DNA of 64,000 nucleotides from Candidatus Sericytochromatia bacterium (GCA_036676985.1 JAKFBU010000073.1:32001-96000); one strand, 5' to 3'. Positions 10,719 to 19,923 are shown, counted from the first letter of the stretch. Translations and numbers: made by a program. Notes: generated from the sequence alone by a model not told the origin.

Positions 10719-10880
10719 CTAGTGGTGGTTCACCTTGACGTTGGTCTCGCGGGGCAGGTCGAACTCGAGATGCAGGTACTCCATCATCCGACCGACCGCC
10801 TCTTCACGCGAGGCCACCTTGAAGCAGTTGTTGAGGACCGTCTCCGAATCGTACGACACCGACACCCAGTAGCTCTGCAT
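10719..10880 (-). CDS. Small hypothetical protein (53 aa)
   Basis: MQSYWVSVSYDSE...; strong SD GGGAGGT; high-GC3 codon usage. Confidence 0.7.
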   Translation of the reverse strand: MQSYWVSVSYDSETVLNNCFKVASREEAVGRMMEYLHLEFDLPRETNVKVNHH

Positions 10881-11060
10881 AACCCTTACCTCCCAAACCC
10901 TTGTTAACGAACCGTCAACCCTCACATAACTCTTATCGCCCCCTTGCGCCCCAACTGACTTATGGTTGGATTAAGCTTGATTCAACGTTCGCTAATGCCG
11001 CCCGAGCCTGGACATGCGGAGGCGGTTTCCCTTTTACTGGTCCGCAGAGAGGAGATCCTT

Positions 11061-11276
11061 ATGCTGACGGATGAGCAGATTCACCGCATCAACGAACTGG
11101 CCCGCAAGAGCAAGGAGCACGGCGGCCTCACGGAGGAAGAGAAGGCGGAGCAGCACACGCTGCGGGCCATGTACGTGGCGGCGGTCAAGCGCAGCCTGCA
11201 GGGCCACCTGGAGCACATCCGCCCCCTGGGCGACCAGGCGCCGGATCCGGACCAGCCCAAATTCCCCATGAAGTGA
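11061..11276 (+). CDS. DUF896 / YnzC-family small protein
   Basis: IHRINELARKSKE.GLTEEEKAEQ.TLR..YV..VK signature; SD GAGGAG. Confidence 0.88.
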   Translation: MLTDEQIHRINELARKSKEHGGLTEEEKAEQHTLRAMYVAAVKRSLQGHLEHIRPLGDQAPDPDQPKFPMK

Positions 11277-11363
11277 AGTTATGTTAAGATACCGCATGCC
11301 GATGGGCCGCCTTGGGGGGCGGGGCCATCCTCGAAGTCGGTCAGTCCGGAAGAGAGGTGGGGC

Positions 11364-11732
11364 ATGCAGAACGTCGGGCACTTCAAGGACCTGCTCGAAT
11401 CGGAGCGCGAGCGCCTGAGGGCGCAGGTGGGCTGGGCCGCCAACGAGCTGGTGACCCAGGAGATGTCCATCCAGGACGCCATGCCGGCCTCCGGCGACGA
11501 CGAGATCGCGGACGCCGCCTCGGACACCTACACCCAGGCCCTCGACGCCACCCTGGTCCGCCGGGCCTTCAACCGGCTCAACCAGGTGGAGGCCGCCCTC
11601 GAGCGCATCCAGGTCGGCCAGTACGGCAACTGCGTGCACTGCGGCCGGACGGTCGCCGTGGGCCGTCTCGAGGCCCTTCCATGGGCTCCCTACTGCATGG
11701 ACTGCGCGCAGGAGCTCGAAGTCCTGGACTAG
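11364..11732 (+). CDS. TraR/DksA C4-type zinc finger protein
   Basis: Coiled coil with EIADAA, ALERI..GQYGNCVHCG, RLEALPWAPYCMDC. Confidence 0.9.
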   Translation: MQNVGHFKDLLESERERLRAQVGWAANELVTQEMSIQDAMPASGDDEIADAASDTYTQALDATLVRRAFNRLNQVEAALERIQVGQYGNCVHCGRTVAVGRLEALPWAPYCMDCAQELEVLD

Positions 11733-11816
11733 CGAGCGCCGGATGGCGCTCGGGGCGCCTGTGATGATAAGATCAGGGTTTGGAAGATCTGCTCTCGTCA
11801 TCACGGAGGTTCCCCT

Positions 11817-12914
11817 TTGCTTCGCGCTGGTATCGTCGGGTTGCCCAACGTCGGTAAGTCGACCCTCTTCAACGCCCTGACCCGGGCCGGGGCCATGGCG
11901 GCCAACTACCCCTTCTGCACCATCGATCCCAACGTCGGCGTGGTCACCGTGCCCGACGACCGGCTCGGCGTGCTGCAGGGCATCGTCAAGACCAACACCG
12001 TGATCCCGACGGCCATCGAGTTCGTCGACATCGCGGGCCTGGTGCGCGGCGCGAGCCAGGGCGAGGGCCTCGGCAACCAGTTCCTCGCCCACATCCGCGA
12101 GGTGGACGCCATCGTGCATGTGGTCCGGTGCTTCGAGGACAGCAACATCACGCACGTCGAGGGCGGCGTGGACCCCATTCGCGACATCGAGGTGATCAAC
12201 CTCGAGCTCGCGCTCGCGGACATGGGCACCGTCGAGAAGATCCTGGAGCGCAACCGCAAGCCCGCCAAGACCGGCAACAAGGAAGCCATGGCCCTGGTGG
12301 ACGCGCTGGAGCCCATCCTCGCGGCCCTCAACGAGGGCAAGTGGGCCCGCACCGTCGAGCTCTCCGATGAGCAGCAGCAGGTCATGCGGACCGTGCCGCT
12401 CTTGACCATGAAGCCCGTCATCTTCGCGGCCAACGTGGCCGAGGGCGACCTGGCGACGGCCGACGACCATCCGCTGGTGCAGCGGGTGCGCGAGTTCGCC
12501 AAGGGCGAGAAGGCCGAGGTCGTGACCATCTCGGCGCAGATCGAGGCGGAGCTCTCGACGCTGGACGAGGCCGAGGCCCAGGAATACCTGGAGGGCCTGG
12601 GCGTCACGGAGTCGGGTCTCGGCAAGCTCATCAACGCCACCTACCGGATCCTGAGCCTCATCACCTACTTCACCGCGGGCGTCAAGGAAGTGCGCGCCTG
12701 GACCATCCGGCGCGGCACGCTCGCTCCCGGCGCGGCGGGCGTCATCCACTCGGACTTCGAGCGGGGCTTCATCCGCGCCGAGGTCACGGCCTACCAGGAC
12801 CTCGTCACGGCGGGCTCCGAGGGCGCGGCCAAGGAGAAGGGCCTCCTGCGCCTCGAGGGCAAGACCTACGAGGTGAAGGACGGCGACGTCATGCACTTCC
12901 GATTCAACGTGTAA
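11817..12914 (+). CDS. ychF: Redox-regulated ATPase YchF
   Basis: GIVGLPNVGKSTLFNALT, ANYPFCTIDPN, DIAGLV.GAS.GEGLGNQFL, HSDFERGFIRAE, DGDVMHFRFNV. Confidence 0.98.
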   Translation: MLRAGIVGLPNVGKSTLFNALTRAGAMAANYPFCTIDPNVGVVTVPDDRLGVLQGIVKTNTVIPTAIEFVDIAGLVRGASQGEGLGNQFLAHIREVDAIVHVVRCFEDSNITHVEGGVDPIRDIEVINLELALADMGTVEKILERNRKPAKTGNKEAMALVDALEPILAALNEGKWARTVELSDEQQQVMRTVPLLTMKPVIFAANVAEGDLATADDHPLVQRVREFAKGEKAEVVTISAQIEAELSTLDEAEAQEYLEGLGVTESGLGKLINATYRILSLITYFTAGVKEVRAWTIRRGTLAPGAAGVIHSDFERGFIRAEVTAYQDLVTAGSEGAAKEKGLLRLEGKTYEVKDGDVMHFRFNV

Positions 12915-12948
12915 CGAGCACGCTTCGACCGATTCAATAGAGGAACGT

Positions 12949-13704
12949 ATGGGACGCAAGTGGGAGAACATCAAGCGCGGTAAGAGCAAGCTGGACTCGG
13001 CCCGCAGCACCGTATTTGCCCGGATCTCGCGCGAGATCATCGTCGCGGCGCGCCATGGCGGGGGGGACCCGGCCGGCAACTTCCGCCTGCGTCAGGCGAT
13101 CGATCGGGCCAAGGAGTCCGGCTTGCCGAACGAGAACATCGCGCGGGCCATCCGGAAGGGCACCGGCGAGGACGCCTCGGAAGTCCTCTATGAGATCACG
13201 TACGAGGGCTACGGCCCAGGCGGCGTGGCCGTGATCGTGGAGGCCATGACCGAGAACCGCAACCGCACGGCCGCCGACGTGCGCGCCGCGTTCAGCAAGG
13301 CGGGCGGGAACATGGGCGAGATTGGCTGCGTGGGCTGGATGTTCCGCCGCGTGGGCGTCGTGGTGGTCCCGAACGAGGACGGTGCGCGTTCCGAGGAGGA
13401 CCTTCTGCTCCTGGCCGCCGATGCCGGCGCCGAGGACCTGCGGACGGAGGACGGCGAGATCATCATCGAATGCCCCCCCGAGGCCCTCGAAGCGGTCACG
13501 GACGCGCTCCGCGTCGCCAAGGTCACCATCACCAGCGCCGACGTCTCCCTGGTCCCCGACAACACCGTCTTGGTCGAGGACCGCGACGTCGCCAAGAAGA
13601 TCGTCAAGCTCATGAACGCCCTGGACGACCTGGGTGACGTTCAGAACGTGACGGCGAACTTCGACCTGCCGGAAGCGTTGATGGCGGAGTTGGCGCACGC
13701 CTAG
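12949..13704 (+). CDS. yebC: YebC/PmpR family protein
   Basis: KWENIKR.K, GGGDP..NFRLR, YEGYGPGGVAVIVE, TENRNRT, LDDLGDVQNV. Confidence 0.95.
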   Translation: MGRKWENIKRGKSKLDSARSTVFARISREIIVAARHGGGDPAGNFRLRQAIDRAKESGLPNENIARAIRKGTGEDASEVLYEITYEGYGPGGVAVIVEAMTENRNRTAADVRAAFSKAGGNMGEIGCVGWMFRRVGVVVVPNEDGARSEEDLLLLAADAGAEDLRTEDGEIIIECPPEALEAVTDALRVAKVTITSADVSLVPDNTVLVEDRDVAKKIVKLMNALDDLGDVQNVTANFDLPEALMAELAHA

Positions 13705-13751
13705 CACCTCGGCGCACCTGGATCGCGGTCCATCGCGTCCCAGCACACGAC

Positions 13752-13783
13752 CAAGAAGCCACACCGCCCGGTGTGGCTTCTTG
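13752..13783. terminator. Bidirectional terminator
   Basis: CAAGAAGCCACACCG-cc-CGGTGTGGCTTCTTG 15-bp inverted repeat between convergent genes. Confidence 0.75.
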
Positions 13784-13838
13784 ATGTTTCCGTCGGATCA
13801 GCGGGGCCGGTTTTCCAGAACGGGGGCGACGGCCGGGC

Positions 13839-15608
13839 TCACGGTTTCGGGGGGGATAAAAACTCGATGGCCCGCCGGCCCTCAGGCTTGACCCGGCAGT
13901 TGATGCCGCCCGCCAACTCTAGCGTCTGGTCGGTGAGATTGCGGGCCATGAAATAAATCCGATCATAAGCCACCGAGGTCTCGCGCAGCACGCGCTCGAA
14001 AAAGTAATCCTCGGCGCGCTGGTCACCGCCCAGCGTGATGAAGTACTTCTTGCCGGCGTCGTCGACGGCCTGCTCGCCGTTGAAAAAGTTCATCATGCCG
14101 GTGTAGTTCTTGGCGTTTTCAGGCGTATTCATCCATGCGGTCGCCGGATCGTACTGCCAATGCCGCTCAAACACGCCTGGGATGCGATGCACCTTGAAGC
14201 CCTGGTGCTCCAGATCGGCGACGGTCAGAGCTTCGACCTTGCTCGCATCGGCGGCGTTCTTCTTAAGCCGAGCAATGGCATCGTCGAGCTCCCCGCTCTT
14301 GCTCATCCACTTGGAGAAGTCACGCTGATAAGCCTCGCGCTCGGCTTTCGTCGCGCCGCGCGGCGGGGCCTTGGGCTGGGCACGCGTGTAGTCGTCGATC
14401 CACCACTGGGCTTGTTTCTCGGCGGCTGCCATCGAATCGTTGAGGACGATTTCCTTGGGGCCGACCGCGAGCATGCGCATGTCGAGATGGAACTCGGCGG
14501 GCTGCTCGATCGCGAAGAGGTTTTCGGGCTTGATGCCGTAGTCCTTGGCCATGATGGCGAGCGTGTCCGCGTCGGTCAGGTGGGGCGCCTTCAAGGCCTC
14601 GCGGAGGTGTTCCCGGCTGATCCGCAACGAGTCCTTACCGACGATCGCGTAGGGCGTGCCGTCCGCGAGCGTGCCGGGGATGAAGTTGCCGTCCTCGACA
14701 TAGGTCGATGCTTGAAACACCTTGCGGTCTCCGGCCGTTCCCAGCGCGATGCCGGCGTCGGAAGCGCCGTGCAGGGAGACAGCTCCTTGCTGACCGATCA
14801 CGCCTTTCGGAATGCCGAGTTCGGCGTGAGCGGTGGCAGGCGCCCGAAAGGGCGCATCGGAGAGGATCTTGGGCGGCACGATCACGTCGCCGCTCTCCGT
14901 GTAGGTCATGAAGTCTTCAATCCAGACGCTCGAGCCGCCAGGATGCTCGACCGCCTTCACGCGGCCCTGCAGGGCACCCAGGTCCTGCATCTCTCTGGGG
15001 CTTCCGACCGCGACCACGTTGAAGCCTTCCTTGCCTCCAATGGTCCGCATCTGTTCGATGTAGGCCGGGCTGGGGCGATCGCCGAGGTGCATGTAATAGG
15101 TCGTCGGACGAAGGGTGCCGTCTTCCGGAAGTGCCGCTGAAGCCGGGTGGCTCTCGGGGGTTAGGCGCGCCTTGGCGTCCTGCAACCCCGCGATCGAGAC
15201 CTGGCTTTTGAGGTTGGGCTCGGGCGCCATCGCGCTCGCTTGCCCCTGTCCGACGCCAAAACTCCGCAGGATGCGACCATTCGGCCCCTGGCCCTGGATC
15301 TTGACGACCGTCGCTTCTGAAACCTGCTCGGCCGTCTTTTGCATGACATGGTGACGGCGCTCTGTCGTGAGCTGCTCAAGCGCGGAGGTGAGCACCTTCT
15401 CGTCGGGCAGGCCAGTCGGCACGACCCCGCGTGCAGCGGCCTGTTTGACGGCTTCAGGCGACAGGGCGAGGTGTTCGCGGCGAATCACCTTTTGCAGCGC
15501 CTCCGAACCTTCTTGTAAGGCCCGGTTCTCAGCGGAAAAGCCGAGTTTCTTCGCCACCGACTTGAACAGGCGGCTGTTGGAGGAGATGAGGTTTCGAGAA
15601 ATCGACAT
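13839..15608 (-). CDS. Hypothetical protein with C-terminal pentein (arginine/agmatine deiminase-like) catalytic motifs
   Basis: WIEDF, EDGNF, FHLDM and C-terminal GGINCR in pentein order; long unrelated N-terminus; start at 15608 (MSISRN) or TTG 15632. Confidence 0.6.
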   Translation of the reverse strand: MSISRNLISSNSRLFKSVAKKLGFSAENRALQEGSEALQKVIRREHLALSPEAVKQAAARGVVPTGLPDEKVLTSALEQLTTERRHHVMQKTAEQVSEATVVKIQGQGPNGRILRSFGVGQGQASAMAPEPNLKSQVSIAGLQDAKARLTPESHPASAALPEDGTLRPTTYYMHLGDRPSPAYIEQMRTIGGKEGFNVVAVGSPREMQDLGALQGRVKAVEHPGGSSVWIEDFMTYTESGDVIVPPKILSDAPFRAPATAHAELGIPKGVIGQQGAVSLHGASDAGIALGTAGDRKVFQASTYVEDGNFIPGTLADGTPYAIVGKDSLRISREHLREALKAPHLTDADTLAIMAKDYGIKPENLFAIEQPAEFHLDMRMLAVGPKEIVLNDSMAAAEKQAQWWIDDYTRAQPKAPPRGATKAEREAYQRDFSKWMSKSGELDDAIARLKKNAADASKVEALTVADLEHQGFKVHRIPGVFERHWQYDPATAWMNTPENAKNYTGMMNFFNGEQAVDDAGKKYFITLGGDQRAEDYFFERVLRETSVAYDRIYFMARNLTDQTLELAGGINCRVKPEGRRAIEFLSPPKP

Positions 15609-15995
15609 GGGCTGTTCACCTCGCTCCGGCAAGTCCTACCCGAATCCAAAACGCTTCCTTGCTGTTCTATACCCGAGCGATTCCTCGCCTATCCCAGCTA
15701 GACGGGCGCAGCCTTCGGCACTCCTGACGCCTCGCGCGGCGGACCGGCGCCTCTAGAATCAGTCGAGCGACCAGCTCGTACGCTGCCTCGGGGGGAGGGC
15801 GGTCGCAGGCCCTCAAGGCCACATCAGGCCCTTGGCCATCGGTCCTCCCGGGAGGTATACTTCGCCCGGACAATCGAGCATTCGAAAACAAGCATGTTCC
15901 CGATCACGGCGCCCGGCGGCGTCCCGCTACGTCGATCGACCTCAGATACGAGGCGTCGTAGCGTCGGGCATGCTGAGACGTGAGGAAAGGTAGCC

Positions 15996-16460
15996 ATGGC
16001 CAGGGTCGTTGATTTTGTGAACGTGTCGACAGAGGGTCTGGAGAGTTCCCCCGTGGCAACTGCGCTCGCAGGCCTGCGCGCCAATGAAGCCCGGTATTTC
16101 AAGAACAAATACAACCACGAGTTCCGGGTAACAGCAGCCAGCGAGAGCCAGGCCACGCTGGATTATGTCACCCGGATTCTCAAGAACGAACGCGACCTCG
16201 AAATCGCCGCCAAGCCGCTGGAGACGGCCTCGTTTCAGGTCGAAAACATCAAATGGACCTTCGTCTTCTATGAAAATGGGCTTGAAATCAACGTTCTGTA
16301 TACGCTGGATGACCCCAAGAAGCGAGCCGTTGGCATCAAGCTTTCTGACGGGATGGACGTGCCGGGCGAACTCGACGGGAAATTCAAGTTTGCCAGGCAG
16401 AAGTCCAAACTGGCCGGCACCATTCGTGGGTCCTTCTTTGTCATCAAGCGCGAGTACTAG
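15996..16460 (+). CDS. Conserved hypothetical protein
   Basis: Clean ORF with SD GAGG/AAGG; ALAGLRANEARYF and KRAVGIKLSDG motifs recall a widespread uncharacterised family. Confidence 0.8.
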   Translation: MARVVDFVNVSTEGLESSPVATALAGLRANEARYFKNKYNHEFRVTAASESQATLDYVTRILKNERDLEIAAKPLETASFQVENIKWTFVFYENGLEINVLYTLDDPKKRAVGIKLSDGMDVPGELDGKFKFARQKSKLAGTIRGSFFVIKREY

Positions 16461-16560
16461 AGCGATTTTCCCCGGGAGCGCCGGTGCTCCCAGGGAAAAA
16501 CTCACTTGAAATCGGCTTTAGGCAACGTCATACGCCTAAAATGAGGCAATTCCGGCCTTT

Positions 16561-16584
16561 GGGGATGACCTTCGGGTCATCCCC
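16561..16584. terminator. cUUCGg-capped hairpin (likely terminator)
   Basis: GGGGATGACC-TTCG-GGTCATCCCC between convergent genes. Confidence 0.55.
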
Positions 16585-16851
16585 CTCCTGCATGGGAGTA
16601 CAGGAGCACGCAACACCGGATCAGGTCTTCAGTCGGAGCAACGCGTCCCTGAGGTATGACCGGGAATCTGGGCATGATGGCCGCGCCTCGATGGTGACGC
16701 CCCCCTCCCTCATGCCCCGGTCACCAACCGCGAAACACGACCGGAACGACGCCGACCGGGTGCATCCCGGAGATGCCAGGGGGAGTTCGTTGCTCCTGTC
16801 GATGGCTCCTTCAACCGTCTGCCTGACGGAGGCGTGCGACTCCCGCGCCGA

Positions 16852-19800
16852 TCACAGGGAATCAAGCAGGTGGTTCAGACGCTGCTTGACGGTCGCCTGC
16901 TTGGCCAGGGCGAAGTAGCGCTCGGCCTCCTTCGAACGTCCCGCCAACCGGTAGTAGTTGCCCAACTGCACGGCGGGCGGCGCGTAAAAGGGCGCGATCT
17001 TGGTCGCCTGAAGCCACTCGACCTCGGCCTGCCTGGATTTCTTCAGGCTTGCGAGCACCAGGCCGATGTGGTCACGGGCAATGGCGTTGGCCCGGTAGGC
17101 GAGCTTCGAGGTCTTGAAGTGCTCCGTCGCCTTTCTGGCGTCCCGGGCCTGCAGGTCCAGCTTGCCCAGCTCCAACTCCACCTGTGCGAGCAGCGTATTC
17201 GCCCGGAGGGCCCCGCGATAGCTCTCCAGGCTCCCGCGCAGGTCGCCCTGGGCCTTGAGGGCATCGGCCAGCGCCATGCGCGAGTCGACGAGCTCGTAGA
17301 AGCCGTCACTCGCCTGCTCGTAGTGGTCCCTGGCCCCAGCGGCATCCTCCTTGGCCTGGAGCAGGCCCAGGTTGAAGTGGCTGTTGGGATTTCCGGGATC
17401 GACCTTCAGGGCCCCCTCGAAGGCCTTCCGGGCATCCGCCGGTCGGCCCTTCTGGAGCAGGGCGAGGCCGAGGCGGTTGTGCATGGCCGGATCGCGTGGC
17501 GCGGCCTGCACGCCGCTGGAGAAGGCCGCAATCGCGCCCGCCACGTTGCCCCGTTGCAGGCGGGTGGCGCCGAGATCCGCCCAGACCTGCGGACGGTCAG
17601 GGGAAAGGCGGGCCGCCTGCCCCAGAGAGTGCTCCGCCTGGGGCAACTTGCCCATGCGGCGCTGGACCTGGCCAAGCTGACCCAAGACGTCGGCGTTGCC
17701 GGGCACCTTGGTCAGAGCGGTCTGCAGGGCCTTCTCGGCGCCGGGCAGGTTGCCCTGGTTCGCGAGGGCGATACCCGCCTGGGTCCCCGCGGGTAGCTTG
17801 GCCTGAGGTGCCTTGACGGCCGCCACGGGCTCGTCCAAGTCTAGATCCCCCACCCCCTCGGACCCGACGAGGCTGCCACGAGTCGACGGCGAGTTGCCGG
17901 CCGAACCGGTCGAAACGCCTGCCTTCCGCTCGACAGCCGCCTGGAGGGACGGGTCCAGCTTGATGGGCCCGGATCCCGATGCCCCCAGGAAGCCCTCGCC
18001 CAGAGGATTGGGGTCTCCCTTCTCGAGGCGCTCCATGACCTGATCGACGTCCACGTTGACCACGTTGGCCGCCGTGAGCGACGAGAACGCCGGCCGACGT
18101 TCCACTGGCACGGCGCCCGGCGATGCGGCTTGCCCCCGCATCGGAGCGGCGCTCGCCGCAACCTGCGGCGACGGGGCGGGAGGCTTGATGCCACGCACGA
18201 TGACGAGGCCACCGGCGAGGAGCACCGCACCCGCGAGGGCGGCTAGCAGGATCGGTCTCGGTAACCGGGGTGAGCCGGACTCCGCGTCTTGCTCGTCGCG
18301 CTTGAAGCGGCGCGTTTGGCGCGATTTGCGCCGCTCGGACCCGCCAGCCTCGTCCGCCAAGGGAATTCGCTCACGCTTCCGGGTCTTCTTCGGGGGAAGA
18401 TCGATGTCGGAGAGCTGGGCCTTCTTGAGTGCAGCTGGCAGTCGCCGCTCCGCAAGGGCATCGAGGCGGCGCTCCTGCTCTGCGATCGCCGTGACGAGTT
18501 GCTCGGGCGTGATGGCCGCCATGCCCACCAAGATCTCCCCGATGGGACGGGGATCCATGATCTGCGCCACCAGGCCCCGTGCCAGGTGCTTGGGTTCGCA
18601 TGCCTGCAACTCCACCAGGACGGTGCCGAGCCTCACCTCGCCCTCCGCGCGCAGGGACCGCTTCAGCTGCTGTCGCGTCAGAGCCTCGACGAGGACCTCG
18701 TCTGTCACCATGCCGCGCTCCTGCATGATCTTGCCCGTCAGCTTGCTGCGCTTCGCACGCTCCTGAAGCGCCTGCGTGAGCTCCGTCCGGCTGATGGCCC
18801 CCATGGCGAAGAGCACCTCACCCAGGCGATCGGTTTCCGGCCCCTCTTGGGGTAAACGCTCGAGGGCTCTGAGGGCCTGTCGCATGGCCGCCGGTGAGAC
18901 CTGGGCTCGCAGGATGTCCTCCAGCGGGCGCGGACGCTTGATCTGCATGATGAGGGCCTGCTTCAGGACCAGCTCCGAGATCGCTCCGGCCTCCAAGAGT
19001 AATCTGCCGATGTGATTTCGCTGGTGATGCGCGGGCGCGAACACATGGGGGGTGCCCAGTGCGCTCTCCAGGAGTACCTGTAGCGTGCAGGCGCCACTCT
19101 CCAGGAGGATCGTCCCGAGCCGGCCGGCCCCGCCCTCCTGTTCCGCGCGGTCGAGGAGCTCCGGCGGCAGGTCGCTGTACTCCGCCAGCACCGACTTCAG
19201 GCCACCCTCGGGGCGATGCGAGGGGTCGGGAACCACTGCCTTGACCTTCTCGAGTAGCTCCTCCCAGGTGAGGAGCTTACCGACCGAGCCTATCTGTCCA
19301 AGACGAACGACGGCGCGGTCGTCCACCTTGGGCATGAAACGGTCGAGGTCCTCACGCTGCAAGTAAGGTTGTCCCTGATCGACCCGGAACACCTGTCGGG
19401 GATCGATGGGGGTCATCTGGTCGCTGAGGTGCTTGATCCACACCGCGTTGTCGACGATGGCGTAAAGGTCCCCGTGCATCTTGAGTTCCAGCGAGCGACC
19501 GAGCTCACGGGTGGCGGTCTTCAAGTGGGCGAGATAGAGGCAGTCGTCGCCCTTCAGGCGCCGGATCCCCCAGCCGCAAGCACACCAGGGCGCCTGTGCT
19601 CGCTCCGGCGGCACGGGGTTCCCGCACTCGGGACAAAAGAGTTCGCTGCCCCGCTCTGCCTCCGGGGGCGCCGCCGGCAAGACGATGGTTTCGAGCGCTC
19701 TGGTCGCCAGCTGGACGATGTTCGCATCCTCGCCGGCCTTGAGCTCCAGGAGGATCGCGTGGGCCTCGACCATGCGGCCGACGGCCTGGTAGGACTGAGC

Positions 19801-19923
19801 GAGCGAAAAGGCGATCTTGGGGTTCTGGGGCTGAGCTTTCCGGATCTCCTCGAAGAAGGAGACGGCCTCCGGAAACCGCTTCTCGCGAAAGGCCTTGACG
19901 GCTAGCTCGATGGATGAGGGCAT
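16852..19923 (-). CDS. Membrane protein: TPR + Zn ribbon + tandem MshEN-like repeats + TM + TPR array
   Basis: CPECG...CACG; RLGTILLESG, HIGRLLLEAG, RLGEVLFAMG, LTGKIMQERG, RLGTVLVEL, PIGEILVGM; TM ILLAALAGAVLLAGGLVIV; C-terminal TPRs. Confidence 0.8.
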   Translation of the reverse strand: MPSSIELAVKAFREKRFPEAVSFFEEIRKAQPQNPKIAFSLAQSYQAVGRMVEAHAILLELKAGEDANIVQLATRALETIVLPAAPPEAERGSELFCPECGNPVPPERAQAPWCACGWGIRRLKGDDCLYLAHLKTATRELGRSLELKMHGDLYAIVDNAVWIKHLSDQMTPIDPRQVFRVDQGQPYLQREDLDRFMPKVDDRAVVRLGQIGSVGKLLTWEELLEKVKAVVPDPSHRPEGGLKSVLAEYSDLPPELLDRAEQEGGAGRLGTILLESGACTLQVLLESALGTPHVFAPAHHQRNHIGRLLLEAGAISELVLKQALIMQIKRPRPLEDILRAQVSPAAMRQALRALERLPQEGPETDRLGEVLFAMGAISRTELTQALQERAKRSKLTGKIMQERGMVTDEVLVEALTRQQLKRSLRAEGEVRLGTVLVELQACEPKHLARGLVAQIMDPRPIGEILVGMAAITPEQLVTAIAEQERRLDALAERRLPAALKKAQLSDIDLPPKKTRKRERIPLADEAGGSERRKSRQTRRFKRDEQDAESGSPRLPRPILLAALAGAVLLAGGLVIVRGIKPPAPSPQVAASAAPMRGQAASPGAVPVERRPAFSSLTAANVVNVDVDQVMERLEKGDPNPLGEGFLGASGSGPIKLDPSLQAAVERKAGVSTGSAGNSPSTRGSLVGSEGVGDLDLDEPVAAVKAPQAKLPAGTQAGIALANQGNLPGAEKALQTALTKVPGNADVLGQLGQVQRRMGKLPQAEHSLGQAARLSPDRPQVWADLGATRLQRGNVAGAIAAFSSGVQAAPRDPAMHNRLGLALLQKGRPADARKAFEGALKVDPGNPNSHFNLGLLQAKEDAAGARDHYEQASDGFYELVDSRMALADALKAQGDLRGSLESYRGALRANTLLAQVELELGKLDLQARDARKATEHFKTSKLAYRANAIARDHIGLVLASLKKSRQAEVEWLQATKIAPFYAPPAVQLGNYYRLAGRSKEAERYFALAKQATVKQRLNHLLDSL

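Noticed and set aside
15620-15990. Small ORFs (15667-15891, 15824-16156) and a GGGTA SigB-like promoter
   Set aside because: No protein-like motifs, and GTTT-GGGTA spacing does not fit the consensus
15996-16460. Prophage, suggested by a recalled 'phage tail' label
   Set aside because: No other phage genes, integrase or att sites in the window
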